Source: Actinomycetota bacterium
Lineage (GTDB): Bacteria; Actinomycetota; CADDZG01; JAHWKV01; JAOPZY01
Reading direction: 5' to 3'
Length of the DNA: 64,000 nucleotides
Assembly (NCBI GenBank): GCA_035765775.1
Contig: DASTWV010000059.1
Coordinates: 417,555 to 481,554, forward strand
Shown here: piece after piece, positions 60,266 through 64,000 of the stretch
Position numbering within the stretch: position 1 is the stretch's first letter
Layout: every line of letters starts with the position of its first letter
Notes under the pieces: generated by a model
Told to the model about the DNA's origin: nothing
The model's database searches: none
What the model saw: the letters and a program-made list of their open reading frames with translations, nothing else
Made by a program: the position numbers and the translations under genes

Positions 60266-60299
60266 CGGTCGCTAAGTATGGGGGTCCCGGGAGGTGGGG

Positions 60300-60728
60300 T
60301 CAACCCCTGGGTGGCGCCCACGGCCCGATGCCGCCCAGGCGCCTGGGGGCCGTGCGCAGGATGAAGCCCGGAGGCGGGTCGGGCATCGGCGGGAACACCA
60401 CGTCGGGGCCGAGGTAGGTGCGGGCCAGCCGCTGCAGCAGCTCCGGGGCGCCGCCCTCGGTGACCCGGGCGCGGCCGTAGACCACGAGGTGGAAGTCGAG
60501 GCCCATGGGGTTGCGGCCCCCGGTGAGCATCGAGATCACCACCCGGGGGTCCCGCTCGACGTTGCGGATCTTCTGGTAGCGGCCGAGGTGGGCCGAGACG
60601 ATCTCGTCGCCGTCGAGGCCCACCCACACGATGGTGACGTGGGGCGCGCCATCCGGGCCGAGGGTGGTCAGGTGGGCGAGATGGCCGGCGGTCAGCGCCG
60701 TTCGGGCTTCCTCGGTCAGGACCGGCAT
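60300..60728 (-). CDS. Pyridoxamine 5'-phosphate oxidase family / F420-dependent split-barrel protein
   Basis: PPOX-class pattern (AHLTTLGPDGAPHVTIVWVGLDGDEIV...). Start MPVLTEE at 60728. Confidence 0.7.
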   Translation of the reverse strand: MPVLTEEARTALTAGHLAHLTTLGPDGAPHVTIVWVGLDGDEIVSAHLGRYQKIRNVERDPRVVISMLTGGRNPMGLDFHLVVYGRARVTEGGAPELLQRLARTYLGPDVVFPPMPDPPPGFILRTAPRRLGGIGPWAPPRG

Positions 60729-60789
60729 GGGCGGAAAGCTTACTGATCCGCGGTCCGGGGGGATCGAGCCACCGTGACATACTGTGTGT

Positions 60790-61011
60790 ATGAAACGTAC
60801 AAATCTTGTGCTTGATGAGGCGCTCCTCGAGGAAGCTGTGCGGATCAGCGGCGAGCGCACCTACTCGGGCGCGGTGGCGGTCGCGCTCCAAGACTTCGTC
60901 CGGCGGGCTCACGCACGCCAGATCCTGCGTCTCGCCGGCACCGGCGCATGGGCCGGGTCGCTGGAGGAGATGCGGGCCGACACGGCGGCGACTCCGCATG
61001 CTCCTCGTTGA
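60790..61011 (+). CDS. vapB: Type II antitoxin, VapB-type (ribbon-helix-helix)
   Basis: MKRTNLVLDEALLEEA N-terminus typical of RHH antitoxins. It overlaps the toxin gene by 14 nt. Confidence 0.75.
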   Translation: MKRTNLVLDEALLEEAVRISGERTYSGAVAVALQDFVRRAHARQILRLAGTGAWAGSLEEMRADTAATPHAPR

Positions 61012-61387
61012 TACCTCCGTGTGGGTGGAGGTCTTCCGCAGGCCACCGACCCTTTCGCTGGATGACATCGGTGGGATCGACGAGGTCGTCACCTGCCTGC
61101 CCGTCGTACAGGAAGTGCTCCAGGGCTTCCTCGACCAACCGGCGTACCGCATCGCCCGGGAGGCGATGCTGGCACTACCCACGGTCGGGTCCCCGATGCC
61201 CGGCGACCTCTATCTCGAGGCGGCCGACCTATTCCGGACCGCGCGCCGGGCGGGCGTGACCGTCCGTTCGGGAGTGGATTGCCTCATCGCCGCCTGCGCG
61301 CTCCGCCACGACCTCACCGTCGCCCACCACGACCGGGATTACACCAACTTGGCACGGGTGTCAGCGCTGCGCGCACTGTCTTTGTGA
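60998..61387 (+). CDS. vapC: Type II toxin VapC (PIN-domain ribonuclease)
   Basis: LLVDTSVWVE (Asp1), the later acidic residues (IDEVVTCLPV, VDCLIAACAL) and C-terminal D...DRDY. Confidence 0.85.
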   Translation: MLLVDTSVWVEVFRRPPTLSLDDIGGIDEVVTCLPVVQEVLQGFLDQPAYRIAREAMLALPTVGSPMPGDLYLEAADLFRTARRAGVTVRSGVDCLIAACALRHDLTVAHHDRDYTNLARVSALRALSL

Positions 61388-61612
61388 CTCACCGGCCGGA
61401 CCCCGTGCGCTCGCCGGCCGTTTGCCGCGGGGGAAAGCCCTTCAGGGCTCCGTAGGCGCCTGTCCCCAGGGCAGCCTCCCGGGCAGAGGTGCCGGATTGA
61501 CCCGCGCTGGCTTCACAGAGAGGAGATTTTTGCGCAAGATCGCCATCTGGGAGATAGGGCAGACCGAAACAAAGCGCAAGAGTGTGGTCAGATCCATCAA
61601 GGAAGCTCGACA

Positions 61613-63409
61613 ATGCGGAGCCCATCGCGCTTCAAATCCGTCTCGTTGTCGCAGGCGATTGGTACGCTCGGCCCCATGGCGGACCTCCTCTACCAGCCGT
61701 CGCTGCTTCCGGAAGCTTGGTCAGACTTTGTGGCCGGGGACCACGAGCCGAAGGCCGACGTAACGATCAGCCACGGCGAGGTCTTTACACGGCCATGGGT
61801 CGTTGAGCTCATCCTCGACCTAGCTGGCTACACAGCCGATGCGGACCTCGCTCTACTTCGAGCTGTTGAACCAGCATGCGGAACTGGCGCATTCCTCCTC
61901 CCGATGGTCCGCCGACTCAGCGAATCGTGCCGCCTTCACGGTCGTTCGATCAAGGAAGCGGCGGGTGCCATCCACGCCACCGACCTGATGCCTGGGCACG
62001 TCGAGCAGGCGCGAGCTGGAATGGCCAAGGTATTAATCGGTGATGACTGGAGCGCTGCACAGGCAGCCTCTCTCACCAATAGATGGGTTCAGGAAGGTGA
62101 TTTCATCCTGGGCAAGGACCTAGGGGGAACGGCTGACTTTGTGCTCGGCAATCCGCCCTATGTCCGATCCGAGGAGATGGCACCCTCCCGCCTTCAGGCC
62201 TACAGGCAGGCGTGTCCGGCGATGGGGGGTCGTGCGGACCTGTTCATTGCGTTCTTCGAGACTGGTCTGCGGGCCCTCAAAGAGGGCGGCACGCTCGGGT
62301 TCATCTGCGCCGACCGCTGGATGCACAACCACTACGGCGGGAAGCTGCGAGCGATGATCGGGGACCACTTCTCGGTTGATACGACCATCGTGATGCACAA
62401 CGTGGACGCCTTCGAGGAAGAAGTGAGCGCATACCCAGCCGTCACTATGATCCGACGTCTTCCCCAGGGCTCGTCGATCATTGCCGACACGACGGCAACG
62501 TTCGGCGCTGAGGACGCTGGTGCACTTGTCCGGTGGGTTAAGGGAGCCCGCTCGAAGCCGAAGCGGACAGACGCCTTTGAAGTCGCCCAACTCCCGCACT
62601 GGTTCACCGGGACTGAAGGGTGGCCCGGCGGCCGTCCAGAGCGCCTGGCTCTGGTCACCGATCTTGCCCAGCGTTTTCCTCCCCTCGAAGGTTCGGACAG
62701 GCGGACCCGCGTGCGGATCGGCGTGGCCACCGGGGCCGACAGTCTTTTCGTTACGAAGGATCCCGAGCTGGTCGAAGCCGAACGACTACTTCCACTCTCC
62801 ATGGTGCGAGATACGCAGCAGGACCGGTTCGAATGGTCGGGTCACTACCTGGTCGATCCATGGGTAAGCGATGACCCTCCGACCCGCACTCACCCTCTAG
62901 GCGGCTTGGTGGACCTCGGCGCTTATCCCCGGCTGAAGTCGTACTTCGAGGCGAAGGCCGAAGCCCTCAGGGGAAGGAAGCGCCACTTCAGCACCTGGTA
63001 TCAGACCATCGACCGGGTCGACCATTCGATAACCGTTCGTCCAAAGCTGCTCTTCCCAGATATGAAGATGACTAGCAGACCGGTGTACGAGGGAGGCGGC
63101 TACTACCCGCACCACAATCTCTATTACGTCGTCTCCGACGTGTGGCCGCTGGAGGTCTTGGGGGGCCTACTGTTATCGCAGATCGCAGATCTATTCATCA
63201 AGACCTATGCGGTCAAGATGCGCGGAGGCACTCAGCGATTCCAGGCGCAATACTTGCGCCGGATCTGCGTTCCGCCGTTCGATGGCATCGGGGAGGTGGA
63301 TCGAAAAGCTCTCGCCGACGCATTCGAAGATCGCGACGTTGAGCGAGCGACCGGAATCGCGCTCAAGCTTTACGGCGTCTCGGTTTCGACGCTCTCGGAG
63401 GTGCTATGA
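61613..63409 (+). CDS. Type II N6-adenine DNA methyltransferase (gamma class; Eco57I/TaqI-like with C-terminal target-recognition domain)
   Basis: Motif I EPACGTGAFL and motif IV GNPPY in gamma-class order. Domain layout parallels M.TaqI. The start may be the Met at 61676. Lower GC than the rest of the window. Confidence 0.85.
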   Translation: MRSPSRFKSVSLSQAIGTLGPMADLLYQPSLLPEAWSDFVAGDHEPKADVTISHGEVFTRPWVVELILDLAGYTADADLALLRAVEPACGTGAFLLPMVRRLSESCRLHGRSIKEAAGAIHATDLMPGHVEQARAGMAKVLIGDDWSAAQAASLTNRWVQEGDFILGKDLGGTADFVLGNPPYVRSEEMAPSRLQAYRQACPAMGGRADLFIAFFETGLRALKEGGTLGFICADRWMHNHYGGKLRAMIGDHFSVDTTIVMHNVDAFEEEVSAYPAVTMIRRLPQGSSIIADTTATFGAEDAGALVRWVKGARSKPKRTDAFEVAQLPHWFTGTEGWPGGRPERLALVTDLAQRFPPLEGSDRRTRVRIGVATGADSLFVTKDPELVEAERLLPLSMVRDTQQDRFEWSGHYLVDPWVSDDPPTRTHPLGGLVDLGAYPRLKSYFEAKAEALRGRKRHFSTWYQTIDRVDHSITVRPKLLFPDMKMTSRPVYEGGGYYPHHNLYYVVSDVWPLEVLGGLLLSQIADLFIKTYAVKMRGGTQRFQAQYLRRICVPPFDGIGEVDRKALADAFEDRDVERATGIALKLYGVSVSTLSEVL

Positions 63410-64000
63410 CGGCTGCGCTTCCCGACTACGAGCCACGTTTCGCTGAGGCGATCGAGTTCTTCTGGGCGACCCGAAATCGCCAGGCGACAGAGCAGAGAGC
63501 CAGAGGCGTCACCGATGCCGGAACGCGGGGCGCCGTCACCGGCGGCCAGCATCTCAACGCGCTCGCCGCCCTCATCCGGCAGGTCTTCGCCGATGCGGGA
63601 ATGGACACGCCGGTTGCAAGCAGCGTCCTGCCCGGCTACTACAGGATTGCCAAGAACTGGGACGTGGTCATCACCTACAAGCACCGGGTCGTCGCGATCA
63701 TCGAACTCAAATCGCATGTTGGTTCGTTTGGCAACAACCAGAACAACCGTATTGAGGAAATGGTCGGTCAGAGCCTAGATATCTGGCGGGCGGCCCGCGA
63801 GAACTTGCTTGGCGATATCCGTCCCTGGTTTGGCTACCTGATGTTGCTGGAAGACCACCAGGACAGTCGCCGGTGCCCCAGCGGTAGAGGTGCCCCGATC
63901 TTGCCGACCGACCCGATCTTTCAGGACACAAACTACCTGGATCGCTACCAGATCGCTTTCGCACGACTAAGACTCGAAGGCGATATGAATGCGGTCTGTC
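63406..64000 (+). CDS. Type II restriction endonuclease (PD-(D/E)xK fold), 5' ~198 aa; continues beyond window end
   Basis: My own translation; it is absent from the ORF track because it runs off the window. It begins MTAALPDYEPRFAEAIEFFW with a PD-ExK-like segment NWDVVITYKHRVVAIIELKSH. ATGA overlap with the MTase stop. Confidence 0.6.
   Translation, partial: MTAALPDYEPRFAEAIEFFWATRNRQATEQRARGVTDAGTRGAVTGGQHLNALAALIRQVFADAGMDTPVASSVLPGYYRIAKNWDVVITYKHRVVAIIELKSHVGSFGNNQNNRIEEMVGQSLDIWRAARENLLGDIRPWFGYLMLLEDHQDSRRCPSGRGAPILPTDPIFQDTNYLDRYQIAFARLRLEGDMNAVC

Noticed and set aside
61388-61450. Possible integration-site remnant or tRNA fragment between vapC and the methyltransferase
   Set aside because: Only two short GC hairpins (GGCCGG...CCGGCC and AGCCC-TTCA-GGGCT) consistent with terminators. 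No tRNA-like 3' end or direct repeats flanking the island within the window.

Overview
This is a high-GC (about 70%) actinobacterial-type chromosomal segment, densely packed with about 65 protein-coding genes. I found no rRNA, tRNA, CRISPR array or transposase/integrase.

Content from 5' to 3':
- Pyruvate dehydrogenase E1 (partial) and dihydrolipoamide dehydrogenase.
- A GT87-like membrane glycosyltransferase and an APH-like/P-loop kinase fusion.
- A metal/redox cluster: P1B-type ATPase, a membrane sulfite-oxidase-family molybdoenzyme, YgfZ, a tandem-cupredoxin lipoprotein and a His-rich CDF exporter.
- A polysaccharide deacetylase, DUF72 and endonuclease III.
- A cell-envelope glycopolymer cluster: an LCP ligase plus two GT4 and one GT2 glycosyltransferases.
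- Methionine-salvage genes (mtnA and an MtnB-like aldolase).
- A TetR/MFS efflux pair.
- A large lipid/propionate catabolism region: acyl-CoA dehydrogenases, thiolases, two DUF35/SCP-x thiolase pairs, propionyl-CoA carboxylase alpha/beta/epsilon, methylmalonyl-CoA epimerase and a stand-alone methylmalonyl-CoA mutase catalytic subunit.
- F420-linked enzymes, an InhA-like enoyl reductase and a P450.
- A GAF-PP2C-HATPase/STAS partner-switching module and several regulators (TetR x4, LuxR, ArsR).
- At the 3' end, a visibly lower-GC island with a VapBC toxin-antitoxin pair followed by a type II restriction-modification system (TaqI/Eco57I-like N6-adenine methyltransferase overlapping a PD-ExK endonuclease that runs off the window).

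Several genes lack a canonical in-frame start or carry frameshifts (the kinase, mtnA, the DUF429 gene, the deacetylase C-terminus). This points either to real gene decay or programmed events, or to indel errors in the assembly.

Feature coordinates come mainly from the supplied ORF track; exact starts are inferred and approximate.
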